A stretch of DNA of 61,345 nucleotides from sequence record DRR378314_471. One strand, written 5' to 3'. The notes under the pieces were generated by a model. It saw nothing but the letters and a program-made list of their open reading frames with translations. It did no database searches and was not told the DNA's origin. The position numbers were made by a program, and so were the translations under genes. Below are positions 1 through 11,300 of this stretch, piece after piece. Position 1 is the first letter of the stretch. Each line of letters starts with the position of its first letter.

Positions 1-13
1 GAAAGAGATGCGT

Positions 14-62
14 ATTCTACAGAGCTCACTTGAGGTGTCAACGATTCGTTATAACTTTTTCA
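14..62 (-). promoter_or_regulatory. Strong sigma70 promoter of stable-RNA (rrn/tRNA) type, pointing out of the left edge of the window
   Basis: Minus strand reads TTGACA (41-36), a 16-nt spacer, then TAGAAT (19-14), with an AT-rich UP-like tract at 42-62. A 16-bp spacer is typical of rrn promoters. Confidence 0.65.
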
Positions 63-82
63 GGAAACCTGACGATTTACCG

Positions 83-1273
83 TCAAAGCTCGGTTTTTAC
101 AGCGGCGGCGGCCTGGGCTCCCTTCTTCCTTGCCTCGTCGATCGAGCTACCGGAAGCAAGCGCGACGCCCATTCTCCGCCGGCCCTTCAATTCAGGTTTC
201 CCGAAGAGCCTAAGAAAGATATCAGGTTGAGCCAACGCTTTTTCAAGCCCTGAATAAGCAACCGCATTCGATTCGCCTTCCGGCAAGATCACCGCGGAGG
301 CTGACGGGCCCTGTTGACGGATCGCCGGTATCGGCAATCCAAGGATGGCCCGGGCGTGCAAAGCGAACTCCGACAGGTCTTGGGAAACCAGGGTCACCAG
401 GCCGGTGTCGTGTGGTCGTGGCGAGACTTCTGAAAACCATACATCGTCGCCCTTCACGAACAGTTCAACACCATACACGCCATAGCCACCCAGATTACTG
501 GCAACGGCTTCGGCAATCTCCCTGGAACGGAACAGCGCCTTGTCGCTCATCGGTTGCGGCTGCCAGGATTCGCGGTAATCGCCGTCCTCCTGACGATGAC
601 CAATCGGATCGCAGAACGATATACCGTCACGGTGTTTCACCGTCAGCAAGGTAATTTCGTAATCAAAATCCACAAACCCTTCGACAATCACCCTGCCCTT
701 GCCGGCACGACCACCTGTCTGGGCATAGCTCCAGGCGGGCTCAATGTCATCGGGGGACTTAACCGTGCTCTGCCCTTTTCCAGAGGAGCTCATGACGGGC
801 TTCACCACCAGCGGCATTCCGATGGCTTCGACGGCTGCAAGATACTCGTCTTTCGACTCTGCGAATCGATACGGCGATGTTGCAAGCCCAAGCTCTTCGG
901 CTGCCAGGCGACGGATACCTTCCCGATTCATGGTGAGATGGACGGCTCTGGCAGTGGGAATCACCTGATAACCTTCCTGCTCAAGCTTTACCAGCTCCGG
1001 GGTGGCAATCGCCTCAATTTCGGGCACGATGAGGTTCGGCTTTTCCGCCTCAATAATCCGGCGTAAGGCTGCGCCATCCAGCATATCAACAACGTGACTG
1101 CGATGGGCAACCTGCATAGCCGGGGCATTGGCATAACGGTCGACTGCAATAACCTCCACGCCAAAGCGCTGCAACTCAATAACAACTTCCTTGCCCAGCT
1201 CTCCAGAGCCACAAAAAAGAACCCTGAAAGCGTTTTCTTTCAGCGGAGTACCAATGCGAACTGTGTCGGTCAT
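83..1273 (-). CDS. purT: Formate-dependent phosphoribosylglycinamide formyltransferase
   Basis: [26 protein letters not shown]-grasp [22 protein letters not shown] and RRMGVALA motifs; 396 aa. Confidence 0.97.
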   Translation of the reverse strand: MTDTVRIGTPLKENAFRVLFCGSGELGKEVVIELQRFGVEVIAVDRYANAPAMQVAHRSHVVDMLDGAALRRIIEAEKPNLIVPEIEAIATPELVKLEQEGYQVIPTARAVHLTMNREGIRRLAAEELGLATSPYRFAESKDEYLAAVEAIGMPLVVKPVMSSSGKGQSTVKSPDDIEPAWSYAQTGGRAGKGRVIVEGFVDFDYEITLLTVKHRDGISFCDPIGHRQEDGDYRESWQPQPMSDKALFRSREIAEAVASNLGGYGVYGVELFVKGDDVWFSEVSPRPHDTGLVTLVSQDLSEFALHARAILGLPIPAIRQQGPSASAVILPEGESNAVAYSGLEKALAQPDIFLRLFGKPELKGRRRMGVALASGSSIDEARKKGAQAAAAVKTEL

Positions 1274-1311
1274 GAACCTATCTACCCTGCTTGGTATCAG
1301 TGGTTAACGAT

Positions 1312-1494
1312 CTATACGAAAAACTTGCTTTCACGCTCGGCAACTTTACGCAACACGTCCCGGCGTTCTTCATTGCTCATCTGGGACCAGCGTGTGATCT
1401 CATCACCACTGCGATGGCAGCCAACACATATGTCGTTGTCATCAAGGGCGCAAATACTCACACAGGGCGAGCTCACCTTATCAGCCACTTTCAT
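1312..1494 (-). CDS. DUF1289 family small Cys-rich protein
   Basis: SPCVSICALD...CVGCHRSGDEITRW pattern; 60 aa. Confidence 0.85.
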   Translation of the reverse strand: MKVADKVSSPCVSICALDDNDICVGCHRSGDEITRWSQMSNEERRDVLRKVAERESKFFV

Positions 1495-1527
1495 CCTGCA
1501 ACCTCACCTAACCTATTGGCCACTACT

Positions 1528-2250
1528 TTAACCTTTCCTGATCTCCGCTTCTAACGCTCCTTCCTGCAGCGGCTCCCCCCAGGTGCTTCCATGCACAAGG
1601 TCAGCCAGCGGCAAGCGTGAGCGCCATCCCTTTTTTTCAAGCTCAGGCTGTTCAAGAAACTCGCTGACAAAGCCGAGGCACAGATAAGCCAACGGATAGA
1701 CATGCTCTGGGAGCTTCAGTGTCTTTGCCAGTTGTTCCTGATCCAGAATACTGACCCAGCCCACACCAATCCCCTCGGCCCTGGCCGCGAGCCAAAAGTT
1801 CTGTACTGCCAGGCAGGTACTGAACAGATCCGTTTCGACGATCGAGTTACGCCCCAGCACATGGGTACCACCGCGGCTGCGGTCGCAGGTGATGCATAGA
1901 TTTATCGGGCTCTCCAAAATGCCTTGTAGTTTGAGGCTTTTGTACTGCGCATTCCGATCGCCCTCATAGTTATCCGCCGCTTTACGGTTCTCTTCCTCGA
2001 AAATGGAAAGCACCTCGCGCCGCACGGTCTTGCTATCAATGACGAGAAAATCCCAGGGCTGCATAAAGCCGACGGAGGGAGCGTGATGGGCCGCCTCAAG
2101 CAGACGGGCAAGGACGTCCGGGGGGATCGGATCAGGAAGAAACTGTGAACGCACATCCCGACGTTCATGTATAGCACGATAAAGCCCCTTCATCTCTTCG
2201 TCACTAAAGGGGCGGTTATGATCTGATTGGTACGTTTTGTTATCCGTCAT
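1528..2250 (-). CDS. bluB: 5,6-dimethylbenzimidazole synthase
   Basis: Nitroreductase fold with RRDVR, AHHAPSVGFMQPW and QNFWLAARAEGIGVGWVS; lies within the cob operon. Confidence 0.93.
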   Translation of the reverse strand: MTDNKTYQSDHNRPFSDEEMKGLYRAIHERRDVRSQFLPDPIPPDVLARLLEAAHHAPSVGFMQPWDFLVIDSKTVRREVLSIFEEENRKAADNYEGDRNAQYKSLKLQGILESPINLCITCDRSRGGTHVLGRNSIVETDLFSTCLAVQNFWLAARAEGIGVGWVSILDQEQLAKTLKLPEHVYPLAYLCLGFVSEFLEQPELEKKGWRSRLPLADLVHGSTWGEPLQEGALEAEIRKG

Positions 2251-2259
2251 TCTTTGCCT

Positions 2260-3726
2260 CTAACGCCGTTCGCCCAGGCCCAGCAGATCCTTCAGAAACC
2301 CAGTGTCCAGGCACTCATCGACGAGATCCGCCAGGCGATCCAGCTGTTCCTGGCGGTGCGTTGTGTAGTCTACGGCCTGGTGTTGGGCTCCCAAGCCCGC
2401 CCATTCGAGTATCTCGCGGGTCGCTTCCGGCTGGTCGAAAATGCCATGGACATAAGTCCCCATCACCAGACCATCCGCACTCACCGCGCCTTCAGGCTTT
2501 TCATTCAACGTGGCCATTGGGCGCTCAAGCGCGGGGCCGCAGGAAACACCGTTGTGCATCTCATAACCTGTAAACCTCGCTCTTCCGCTGCCAATTCTTA
2601 ACTCCCCGGCAACGTCCTTCAGTGTCTTGCCGGCAACCATCCGTGTGGTCATGTTGAGCAACTCAAGGCCCGACGTGGTGCCGGCGCCCCCTTCCAGACC
2701 ATCCGGGTCAGAGACCTCCTGACCCATCATCTGGAAGCCGCCGCAAATGCCAAACACTTTGCCACCATAACGGAGGTGCTTCTGTATGGCCTCGGGCCAG
2801 CCATGGGTCCTCAGCCATTCCAGATCATGCCGGGTACTTTTGCTGCCCGGTAAGACGATCAGGTCCGCCGGAGGAATTCTCTGGCCCGGGCCAATAAACT
2901 GGAGGTTGACGCCGGGATGCAGACGCAGTGGATCAAAGTCGTTGTGATTGCTGATGCGGGGCAACACCGGCACGATCACGTTCAATGCACCTGGCTCGCT
3001 GGTGCCACTGGTGCCGACGCTGTCTTCGGCGTCAATCACCAGACCATGCAGATACGGCAATACGCCAGCTACGGTTTTAGCCGTGCGCTCGGTCAGCCAA
3101 TCCAGGCCTGGGTTCAGCAAGGCAATATCGCCCCGAAAACGATTGATTATAAAGCCTTTCGTACGCGCTCGTTCGTTCTCGGAAATGAGTTCAAGCGTGC
3201 CTACCAGTTGGGCAAATACACCCCCCTTGTCAATATCGCCGACAAGGAGCACCGGGCAATCGGCCGCTTCGGCAAAGCCCATGTTGGCGATATCGTTCGC
3301 ACGCAGGTTGATCTCAGCAGGGCTACCCGCACCTTCGGCGATGATCACGTCGTAGCGGGCGCTCAGGGCACGCCACGCCTCCACCACAGAGGCCATCGCC
3401 TCAGCCTTGTAGGCGTGGTAATCCAGAGCGTCCATATTGCCGTGAACCTTACCTCGCAGGATCACCTGGGCGCCGCAGTCACTCTGGGGCTTGAGCAGAA
3501 CCGGGTTCATGTCGCTATGAGGCTGGAGACCACAGGCCAGTGCCTGAAGTGCCGTGGAACGGCCTATTTCACCGCCGTCGACGGTGACTGCACTGTTCAG
3601 AGCCATGTTCTGGGGTTTGAAAGGCGCCACGGAGACACCCTGCCGCGCCAGCCACCGACACAGGGCGGCGACGACTGTGGTCTTGCCGGCATCGGAGGTC
3701 GTTCCCTGTATCATCAAGGTGGTCAT
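2260..3726 (-). CDS. cobQ: Cobyric acid synthase
   Basis: [35 protein letters not shown], GATase GICGGFQM and GTYVHGIFD. Confidence 0.97.
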   Translation of the reverse strand: MTTLMIQGTTSDAGKTTVVAALCRWLARQGVSVAPFKPQNMALNSAVTVDGGEIGRSTALQALACGLQPHSDMNPVLLKPQSDCGAQVILRGKVHGNMDALDYHAYKAEAMASVVEAWRALSARYDVIIAEGAGSPAEINLRANDIANMGFAEAADCPVLLVGDIDKGGVFAQLVGTLELISENERARTKGFIINRFRGDIALLNPGLDWLTERTAKTVAGVLPYLHGLVIDAEDSVGTSGTSEPGALNVIVPVLPRISNHNDFDPLRLHPGVNLQFIGPGQRIPPADLIVLPGSKSTRHDLEWLRTHGWPEAIQKHLRYGGKVFGICGGFQMMGQEVSDPDGLEGGAGTTSGLELLNMTTRMVAGKTLKDVAGELRIGSGRARFTGYEMHNGVSCGPALERPMATLNEKPEGAVSADGLVMGTYVHGIFDQPEATREILEWAGLGAQHQAVDYTTHRQEQLDRLADLVDECLDTGFLKDLLGLGERR

Positions 3727-3741
3727 GGATAGTGGCCTCGT

Positions 3742-4353
3742 CTACAGCTCGACGCCTTTCTGGGCTTTCACACCCAGGTCCTTGAACGCATGTTTCACAA
3801 TGCCCATCTCCGTAACAGTGTCCGCCAGGTCTACCAGCTCCTGCGGTGCCGATCGTCCGGTCACCACGACATGCTGCATCTCCGGGCGGCCCTGGAGGTC
3901 GTCCAGAACACGGTCAAGATCAATGTAATCGTACTTCAGGGCGATGTTGAGTTCGTCCAGCAGGACCAGATCGTAGCTGTCGTCTTTCAACATGTTGACG
4001 GCCACGTCCCAGGCCGCATTAGCGGCCTCAACGTCCTGCTCACGGTTCTTCGTTTCCCAGGTATAGCCCTGACCCATGACGTGGTAACTCACGTTAGGCA
4101 AGTCACGGAAGAACGCTTCTTCGCCGGTGCTGAATGCGCCCTTGATGAACTGGACTATGCCCACTTTCATGCCATGGCCAAGGGCCCGGGCCACCATGCC
4201 AAAACCTGAACTGCTCTTACCTTTGCCAGGGCCGGTGAGCACCAGCAACACACCCTGCTCCTTCTGGGCACGGGCAATGCGCTCCTGCATGATTTTCTGC
4301 TTGGCGTCCATGCGGCGGGCATGGCGTTCGGGGTCTTTGGCGCGTTCACGCAT
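3742..4353 (-). CDS. cobO: Cob(I)yrinic acid a,c-diamide adenosyltransferase (CobO/BtuR type)
   Basis: TGPGKGKSSSGFG, VQFIKG, LLDELNIAL, VVTGR and KHAF...AQKGVEL. Confidence 0.95.
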   Translation of the reverse strand: MRERAKDPERHARRMDAKQKIMQERIARAQKEQGVLLVLTGPGKGKSSSGFGMVARALGHGMKVGIVQFIKGAFSTGEEAFFRDLPNVSYHVMGQGYTWETKNREQDVEAANAAWDVAVNMLKDDSYDLVLLDELNIALKYDYIDLDRVLDDLQGRPEMQHVVVTGRSAPQELVDLADTVTEMGIVKHAFKDLGVKAQKGVEL

Positions 4354-5674
4354 GGTGGAGCTCCTTGTCAGTGAGCGGGAGAATGGCCTGCCCGCGAAAA
4401 ACTCTGGCTACCAACTCCGGGGCGGAGGGGAAATAGCCGTGGAAATAACTGGCGACCAGACCGCCCCGGGAGTACACCGGTTCGGCCTCGGTGCCCACAA
4501 CCTTGCGGGTTCGGGCCAGAGGTTGCCAGTCAGTCTCCAGTCGGGAGTGATGATAGGTATGGCCCCGCAGATGCCCGTGCTCGGTATTCAGGCCCTGCAG
4601 ACCCAGCGCTTGCAGGCGGTTAGCCATACTCGCCCTACCCGGCATCAGCCCTAGCAGGTCGTGGACCTGGCCGTCGTGATCCACTAACTGTTCGACACAC
4701 GCCATCAGGCCACCGCATTCCGCCAACATGGGTTTACCCGCCTTGTGGTGGCTGCGGATAGCCTCCAGCATTGCCAGGTTGCCAGCCAGGCGCCCACCAT
4801 GCAGTTCCGGGTAACCACCCGGAAGCCAGAGGGCATCGGCATCCGGTAACGTCGAATCCGCCAGGGGCGAGAAGAACACCAGCTCAGCGCCCATGGCTTG
4901 CAACAGGTCGAGGTTGGCGCGGTAGATAAAACTGAAAGCCGCATCCCGGGCAATGGCTATACGAGTACCTTCCAACAACCGGGGTGGCGGTTCCGGTTTT
5001 TCCGCAGACAGGTCAACCGGCTGCGGCAAGCCGTCCAGGCCGGCCTGGGCCAGCACGTCGGCAGCTGCATCCAGACGTTGATCCAGATCGCCCAATTCGC
5101 CGGCCTGAACCAGCCCAAGATGCCGATCCGGGATATCCATGGCCTCGTTTCGGGGAACGGCCCCCAGCAAACCGATGCCTTCAGGCAGGCTCTCCCGCAG
5201 CATAGCGCCATGGCGGGGGCTGCCGATGCGGTTGGCAATGACCTGATAAATTGGAAGCTCTGGGTCAAATGTCGCGAGACCCAGAGCCACCGCTCCAAAG
5301 GTCTGGGCCATGCCGCGGGCGTCAATGACCGGCAATGCCGGAATACCGATGAGTTTGGCAAGATCAGCACTTGAGGGGTCGCCGTCAAACAACCCCATGG
5401 AGCCCTCAACCAGAATCAGATCCGCCTCCTGGGCGGCTTCCGTGAGACGCCAGCGGCACTCGTCCTCGCCAGTCATCCACGGATGTAACTGGTACACCGG
5501 CTGCCCGGAAGCGAGCTCCAGAACCATGGGGTCGAGATAGTCCGGTCCATGCTTGAACACTCGAACGGTCTTCCCAGCGTTGCGGTGTAATCGTGCCAAG
5601 GCGGCCGTTACCATCGATTTTCCCTGACCAGAGCCAGGGGCGGTAATCATTGCGGCTGGTACGGTTGCTTTCAT
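4346..5674 (-). CDS. cobB: Cobyrinate/hydrogenobyrinate a,c-diamide synthase
   Basis: SGQGKS, FKHGPDYLDP, EGSMGLFDG, RHLGLV, GGYPELH and AECGGLM. ATG at 5674 chosen from the SD; ORF is open to 5683. Confidence 0.93.
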   Translation of the reverse strand: MKATVPAAMITAPGSGQGKSMVTAALARLHRNAGKTVRVFKHGPDYLDPMVLELASGQPVYQLHPWMTGEDECRWRLTEAAQEADLILVEGSMGLFDGDPSSADLAKLIGIPALPVIDARGMAQTFGAVALGLATFDPELPIYQVIANRIGSPRHGAMLRESLPEGIGLLGAVPRNEAMDIPDRHLGLVQAGELGDLDQRLDAAADVLAQAGLDGLPQPVDLSAEKPEPPPRLLEGTRIAIARDAAFSFIYRANLDLLQAMGAELVFFSPLADSTLPDADALWLPGGYPELHGGRLAGNLAMLEAIRSHHKAGKPMLAECGGLMACVEQLVDHDGQVHDLLGLMPGRASMANRLQALGLQGLNTEHGHLRGHTYHHSRLETDWQPLARTRKVVGTEAEPVYSRGGLVASYFHGYFPSAPELVARVFRGQAILPLTDKELHHA

Positions 5675-5728
5675 TAATGCCACCTTGTCTGGAAACTTAG
5701 AGAGCGCAATGGTGGTGCTCCGAGCCTT

Positions 5729-6502
5729 TTACATGGCCTTCTTGGGTACAAATAGTGGTGCACCATCGACCTCCACTGTCAGAAGCTCCTGATCATAGAG
5801 TCTTTCAAGCGCGGCCGGCACGAGCATGCGCTCTGCTGGCCCCCAGCACGCTTCGCCATTGGGGTACAGCAACAGCAGATGGTCACACCAACGTGCCGCA
5901 AGATTCAGGTCGTGCAGGCACATGAATACGGAACGCCCACTACGCGCCTGTTCGGTCAGCAACTGGAGCACCGATACCTGATGGTGCAGATCAAGGTGGT
6001 TAGTGGGCTCGTCCAGCAGCCAGGTGTCGGGCGCCTGGGTCAGCACTGTGGCAATGGCTACTCGCTGGCGTTCACCGCCGGAAAGTGTATTCACCAGTCG
6101 GTCACTGAGATGGCCCACGTCCAGTTGCTCCAGAGCTCGCCTCGCAAGACGTTCATCGGCTCCAGACTCCATCTGCCATGGCGACAACCACGGGTGACGG
6201 CCAATCAGCGCCGTTTCCAGCACTGTGGCGGGAAAGCCGTCCTGCCGCTCCTGGAACACAAGGCCCAGTTGTTGCGATATTGTTTTGCGCTTCAGGTCTG
6301 CCAAGGGATGCTCTCCCAGGCAAACCGAACCGCGACGCGGTGCTCGCAAACCTGCCAGTGTGTGCAAAAGCGTGGTCTTGCCAGCGCCATTCGGGCCCAA
6401 CACACCCCAGACCTGCCCGGTCTCCACGGCAAAGTTCAGCGCTTCCCCATCGCCGCGCCCTGGAATGTCGATGACCAACTGTCTTGCCTGCAACGGATTC
6501 AT
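5729..6502 (-). CDS. btuD: Cobalamin/Fe-siderophore ABC transporter ATP-binding subunit (BtuD-like)
   Basis: Walker A GPNGAGKTT, LSGGERQR, LLDEPTNHLD and HDLNLA. Start at 6502 overlaps the btuC stop; the ORF-track extension to 6946 is spurious. Confidence 0.88.
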   Translation of the reverse strand: MNPLQARQLVIDIPGRGDGEALNFAVETGQVWGVLGPNGAGKTTLLHTLAGLRAPRRGSVCLGEHPLADLKRKTISQQLGLVFQERQDGFPATVLETALIGRHPWLSPWQMESGADERLARRALEQLDVGHLSDRLVNTLSGGERQRVAIATVLTQAPDTWLLDEPTNHLDLHHQVSVLQLLTEQARSGRSVFMCLHDLNLAARWCDHLLLLYPNGEACWGPAERMLVPAALERLYDQELLTVEVDGAPLFVPKKAM

Positions 6503-7473
6503 CAGCGGCTCCGATACAGCAGGTAAAGGAACGTTGGCACCCCCAACAAGGCGGTGATCACGCCCACCGGCAACTGCTCTGGCGCAATCACTACCCGTGC
6601 CAGCGTATCCGCCAACACCAGAAGCGTACCGCCTGCCAGTGCGCAGGCGGGGAGAATCAGTCGCTGGTCGTTCCCAAGGACCAACCGGAGCATGTGGGGC
6701 ACCACCAAACCAACAAAACCAATACTGCCAGCCATGGTGACCGCGGTGGCAGTGAGCAGGCTGGCAAGGATATAGATCGTCCACTCCAGTGGGCGCACCG
6801 ACACCCCGAGGGCAGCCGCCTGCATCGGACCCCGTGCCAATACGTTGAGGCTGCGCCCCAGCGGCACGACCAAAAGGCACACCAGCCCCATCAAAACCAA
6901 TGCGGGCCAGGGAGATCTTGCGTAGGACACATCCCCCATCAACCAATACAGCATTCCCGGTAGACGCTGCGCCGGGCTGATCGCCAGCATCAATGTGATC
7001 ACGGCCCCCCAGCCGGCAGCGACCACCACACCGGTAAGCAACAAACGCGACGGTGTCCAGCTACCGGTGCCATGAGCCAGGCCAAACACCATTAGAGTGG
7101 CCAGCAGCGCACCGGCAAACGCCGACCCTGAAATAATCAGGCCGCCCAGGCCAGCCAGCATCGCCAACAAGGCACCAACGGCCGCACCGCCGGACAACCC
7201 CAGAACGTAGGGATCGGCCAATGGATTGCGTAAAAGCACCTGCATAAGGGCTCCGGCAACGGCGAGCAAACCGCCCGTTGCGAATGCAGACAGTGTCCGT
7301 GGCAGGCGCAATTCAAGCACCAGGGTTTGCTGCAGGTTGCTGCCCTTCCCCAGAATGACCGCGGCAACGTCTCCCGGTGCCACACTGACACTGCCAACAC
7401 CCACCGACACCATCATGGCGGCCAGGCTGGCCAGAGCCAGCAAAACAAGTGGCATGGTCAGGGGCCTGCTCAA
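6502..7473 (-). CDS. btuC: Cobalamin ABC transporter permease (FecCD/BtuC family)
   Basis: LRLPR, LLRNPLADPYVLGLSGGA, GSIGFVGLVVPH and ADTLAR...LPVGVITALLG; highly hydrophobic. Confidence 0.9.
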   Translation of the reverse strand: MSRPLTMPLVLLALASLAAMMVSVGVGSVSVAPGDVAAVILGKGSNLQQTLVLELRLPRTLSAFATGGLLAVAGALMQVLLRNPLADPYVLGLSGGAAVGALLAMLAGLGGLIISGSAFAGALLATLMVFGLAHGTGSWTPSRLLLTGVVVAAGWGAVITLMLAISPAQRLPGMLYWLMGDVSYARSPWPALVLMGLVCLLVVPLGRSLNVLARGPMQAAALGVSVRPLEWTIYILASLLTATAVTMAGSIGFVGLVVPHMLRLVLGNDQRLILPACALAGGTLLVLADTLARVVIAPEQLPVGVITALLGVPTFLYLLYRSR

Positions 7474-7488
7474 AGGATCCGTCTCCCA

Positions 7489-8385
7489 TTAACGTTTGGC
7501 ACGGGCATCATCCAGCTTCTCGCAAAACAGTTGTGAACCGTCCAGCATACGCGGGGTCGGGCGCTGGATCAGGGAAGGTGGAACGAAGTACAGGTTATCG
7601 TTCGCGGACGCATCGATACTCGGGAAAGCCTCCCAGCGGGTAAGCCAGTGCCGGTTTTCTTCGCCCATCCCCCCCGCCAGGATGGCCTCCGGGTTAGCGC
7701 CGATAACCGCCTCATCGCTGATCCTCGGCACCAAACGATCGAGATCACCAAACACATTCACACCGCCACACAGCGTTATCACTTTACCGATCAGGTGTTC
7801 ATCATTCACCGTCATCAGAGGCTCATCCCACACCTGATAGAAAACCGATACCGGTTCCGCACCCTGATACCGTTTTTCCAGTGCAGCCATTCCCTTGCGA
7901 AACCGATCGGCTTCGGCAAAGCCCTCTGTTTCGGTACCCGCCAGAATCGCCAGCCGTTCAATGGTGCTCGAGACGCCCTCAAAACTTCGGGGTTCAATAG
8001 AGAACACGGGCAAGCCCAGGTCTTTCAGAGCCGCAATCTGTTCCGGCGGATTGCCCGTCACCCAACCAATGACCAGGTCCGGTTTCAGTGCCATCAACCG
8101 CTCAAGGTCCATTCGAGTGTGGCTGCCCACGGAGGTGACTTGTTTCGCCTGCTCAGGGTAGTCGCTGTATGAGACCACCGCGATAACCTGGTCACCGGCA
8201 CCTGCGGCCCAGACAAGTTCGGTCGCTCCGGGAGATAAGGCTGCTATCCGGCTGGCCGGTTTTTCCAGGCAGACCTCCTGGCCGGTATCGTCTGTTGCGC
8301 AGCGCTCAGTTCCCGCCACAACCCAAGGTGACATGGCAAGTGCCAGGGACATCAGCGCAGCGGTATGCCGGAACGATTTCAACAT
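7489..8385 (-). CDS. btuF: Periplasmic cobalamin-binding protein
   Basis: Signal peptide; RIAALSPGATELVWAAGAG, VSYSDYPE, LKPDLV and RPTPRML. Probable start 8385 (ORF open to 8415). Confidence 0.88.
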   Translation of the reverse strand: MLKSFRHTAALMSLALAMSPWVVAGTERCATDDTGQEVCLEKPASRIAALSPGATELVWAAGAGDQVIAVVSYSDYPEQAKQVTSVGSHTRMDLERLMALKPDLVIGWVTGNPPEQIAALKDLGLPVFSIEPRSFEGVSSTIERLAILAGTETEGFAEADRFRKGMAALEKRYQGAEPVSVFYQVWDEPLMTVNDEHLIGKVITLCGGVNVFGDLDRLVPRISDEAVIGANPEAILAGGMGEENRHWLTRWEAFPSIDASANDNLYFVPPSLIQRPTPRMLDGSQLFCEKLDDARAKR

Positions 8386-11300
8386 GAGACCCTCTGGTTT
8401 CCGGGATTCTGACAATCATCGTTGGCAGCGCGTATCGCAGGGTAGTCGGCCGACCCACCTTTTCGAGCGGATTCGAAGGCTTCCCGCTGTTTGGGTTCCA
8501 ACTGATCCGCGACCCAATCCATCAGGGGGTGATCCGGGCGGGTGTGGCCACTGCCGGGCAAGCCATGGTCGATGATATTTCCTGCGAAGTCACGTGCCAG
8601 GGCCTGGCGGGTAAAGACATCCGCCTCCCAGAATCCACGCTTAGCAGCCAGAAGCGCAATCGCCTGCATGTGCGTTTTGACATGCACATTGTGGCCCTCC
8701 GCCAGGAAGTCATCCAGACCAAGGCCGTGGCGATCCTGAAAGTACACTTCATTGACCTCGTCCCAAACGCTGGAACGAAGCACCTGGGGACTTGTGATTT
8801 GCCAGCCCCACAGGTTGTCCAGAAAATCGCTACCCATGGTGCGAGCCCCCGCGTAGCCGTGCTCCATCAGCGGTGCCAACCACTGCGGGTTCAAATTGCG
8901 GGCTCTCAGCTCCACCTGCAAGGCTCGCTGGAGCGAGTCCACCCGGGGGTTGCGCGGGTCAGCGTACTGGAGCACCCGGTTTTGCGGTGGCTCGCCACGC
9001 AAGTGTTCCACAGCATTGGAAAGGCCGCCCTGAAAGTCAAAACCGTCATCGTTGTCCAGCAGACCGTAGAGGTGGCTGGCCCTGCCGAGGTAGGTATGGT
9101 TCACCGTCTGCAATTGGCGATCGAACGCGTCATGAGCCGGCTCACCCTGGCTGCCTTTGCCATAGACGTGCCCCATGCGCCGGCGGTAGGCGTCACCCAG
9201 TTGCTCCCGGTCCTGCCAGGCGCCCGTCCGGGTGGCGAGACGATTAACCCCGGCCCCGTATGCGCCCGGAGCCGTACCAAAGACCCGGAAAGCGGCCTGT
9301 GCACCCGCATCTCGCGCCGAAGCACCCGCTGCCAACAATACCCGGGCATCGTCGACCCAGCGTGCCGCGACAACGTTGGTGGACAGAGACTCGTCACCGG
9401 GCTCACGCATGTCTGATGGCAGAACCGACAACGCCTGAGCCAGGGCTTCGCGCAGCTCAGGGTACTCCGCCTCAATGGTTTCCGCCGCACCCGCCAGGGC
9501 GTAACGCGACGCCATATCCAGCCATTCCAGTTGGCTTTCGTATAGATCCCGGAACAGGCCGGATGTGGTGAATACCACGTTACGCCGAATGGGCGTATCG
9601 GTTCCCGCACCCGCAGGAAGACGCTCCAACCCCTTCACAATACCCCGACTGTTCCACACCGGGCGTATGCCCAACAACTTCATGCCAAACGCAATCATGA
9701 CCCCTTCGTCCCGCACCGTATCGGATGCCCAGAGCACCAGCGCATCGCTTTGCTCCGAAGCGCTGTCTTTAGTGGCCCTGGCTTGCTCAACCAATTCTTC
9801 CGCCAGGGACCAGGCCACGCGGGTTGGAATCAGGTCATCGGACAGCGCATGGAAATTGCGCCCCGTTGGCAAGACCGCCGGCGTTCGCAACGGGTCGTTG
9901 CCCTGCCCCGGAGCAACAAACCGACCATTCAGCGCGTTGAGAAAGCTGGTACGCTCAGCAGCAGGGGAGGCCTCAAGATGGGTGCGCCAGCCCGGCTCTG
10001 GCGTGCCGGCCTTACCAGCCATGGAATCCAGCATGGTGTCCACCATGTCGGCACTCCAGTCCCGGCCGAACACGTGTAGCCCCAAGGGCATGAAGTGTTC
10101 CTGCATGTCGGTGACGTAATGGCCGGCTTCGTGGACCAGGAGGTCGGGTGAAAGCTCATCGAGGGACACTTCTTCCACCGACAACCCCATCTCTCCAGCG
10201 ATTTCCTGTTCGAGATCATCGGAGATATCCAACACCTGGATTTTCTCCCGCAGCATCTTCAGCGCCCGCTCTCTCGTTGGGCTGCCGGGCTCGTTGGCAG
10301 ACTCCCAGGTTTCCACCAACTGCCGCAGTTCGAGCAATTCATCGTACAGCTCGGTAGCAGCCAGTGGCGGGGTAAGATGACTGATCATGACGCCCAGCGC
10401 CCGGCGCTTCGCCTGAATCCCCTCTCCCACACCGTCAACAATGTAGGGGTAGATTAATGGGAGGTCACCCCCCAGAAGGTCCGGGTAGTCATCCCCCGTC
10501 AAACCCGCCCGTCGGCGCGGCAGAAACTCTCGGGTGGAGTGGCGCCCAACATAAACCAGCGCATCAGCCTGATAGTGATCTCGTAACCAGTAGTAGAATC
10601 CCACGTATTGATGGGTCGGGGGGAACGTGGTGTTGGCGTGCAACAACTCCTCATCCACTTCCCAGCCTCGTGGCGGTTGCGGGCCAATGTAGATATTACC
10701 GAAGCGAAGCCCCGGAAAAATCAGCCTGTCATCCACCACCATCGAATCGCCTGGGGCTGTACCCCAACCCTTGAGGCCGGGAATACCGGCATTTGCAAGC
10801 GACCGGCGACTGGTTTCCAGCGCTTCCGTCTGTCCACCCTTGTTCAATCGCGTTTGCCAGAGCAATTCGTATTGGTCCAGCCGGCTCAAGGCAGCCTTCC
10901 GGTTTGGGTGCTGGATGTGTTCGATCAGATGCCGAAGATCCTGAACGCCTCGGTTCAAAAGATCCGTGGCCAGTTCTTTCTCCCCCATCCCATGTGCCTG
11001 TTCAAGCCGCTCATGCAAATAACCCAGAGGTCCGTGGACGATCTCCTGCTGCACAACCTGGGGCAAGGTTTCGAGATACTGGCGGTAGGTGCTGCCGGCC
11101 ATTGAGGCGACATCGCCGGCCATTTCCCTTAACGCACGAGGGTCATCAGGGAGGCTTACACCTCGCTGTTGAAGCAGATCCGTGAGCGCCTCCGGGCTTT
11201 CCGGCAATGGCCCGGTCTCATAGCCTTCCGCCTTGAGCCAGGTCAGCATTTCGTAGAGGGACGCTGGCACATCCAGGTTGTCCGCTCCGATGTTCTGCCT

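Noticed and set aside
6503-6946. Apparent 148-aa N-terminal extension of the ABC ATPase
   Set aside because: It overlaps btuC in another frame; the real start is the ATG at 6502 coupled to the btuC stop.
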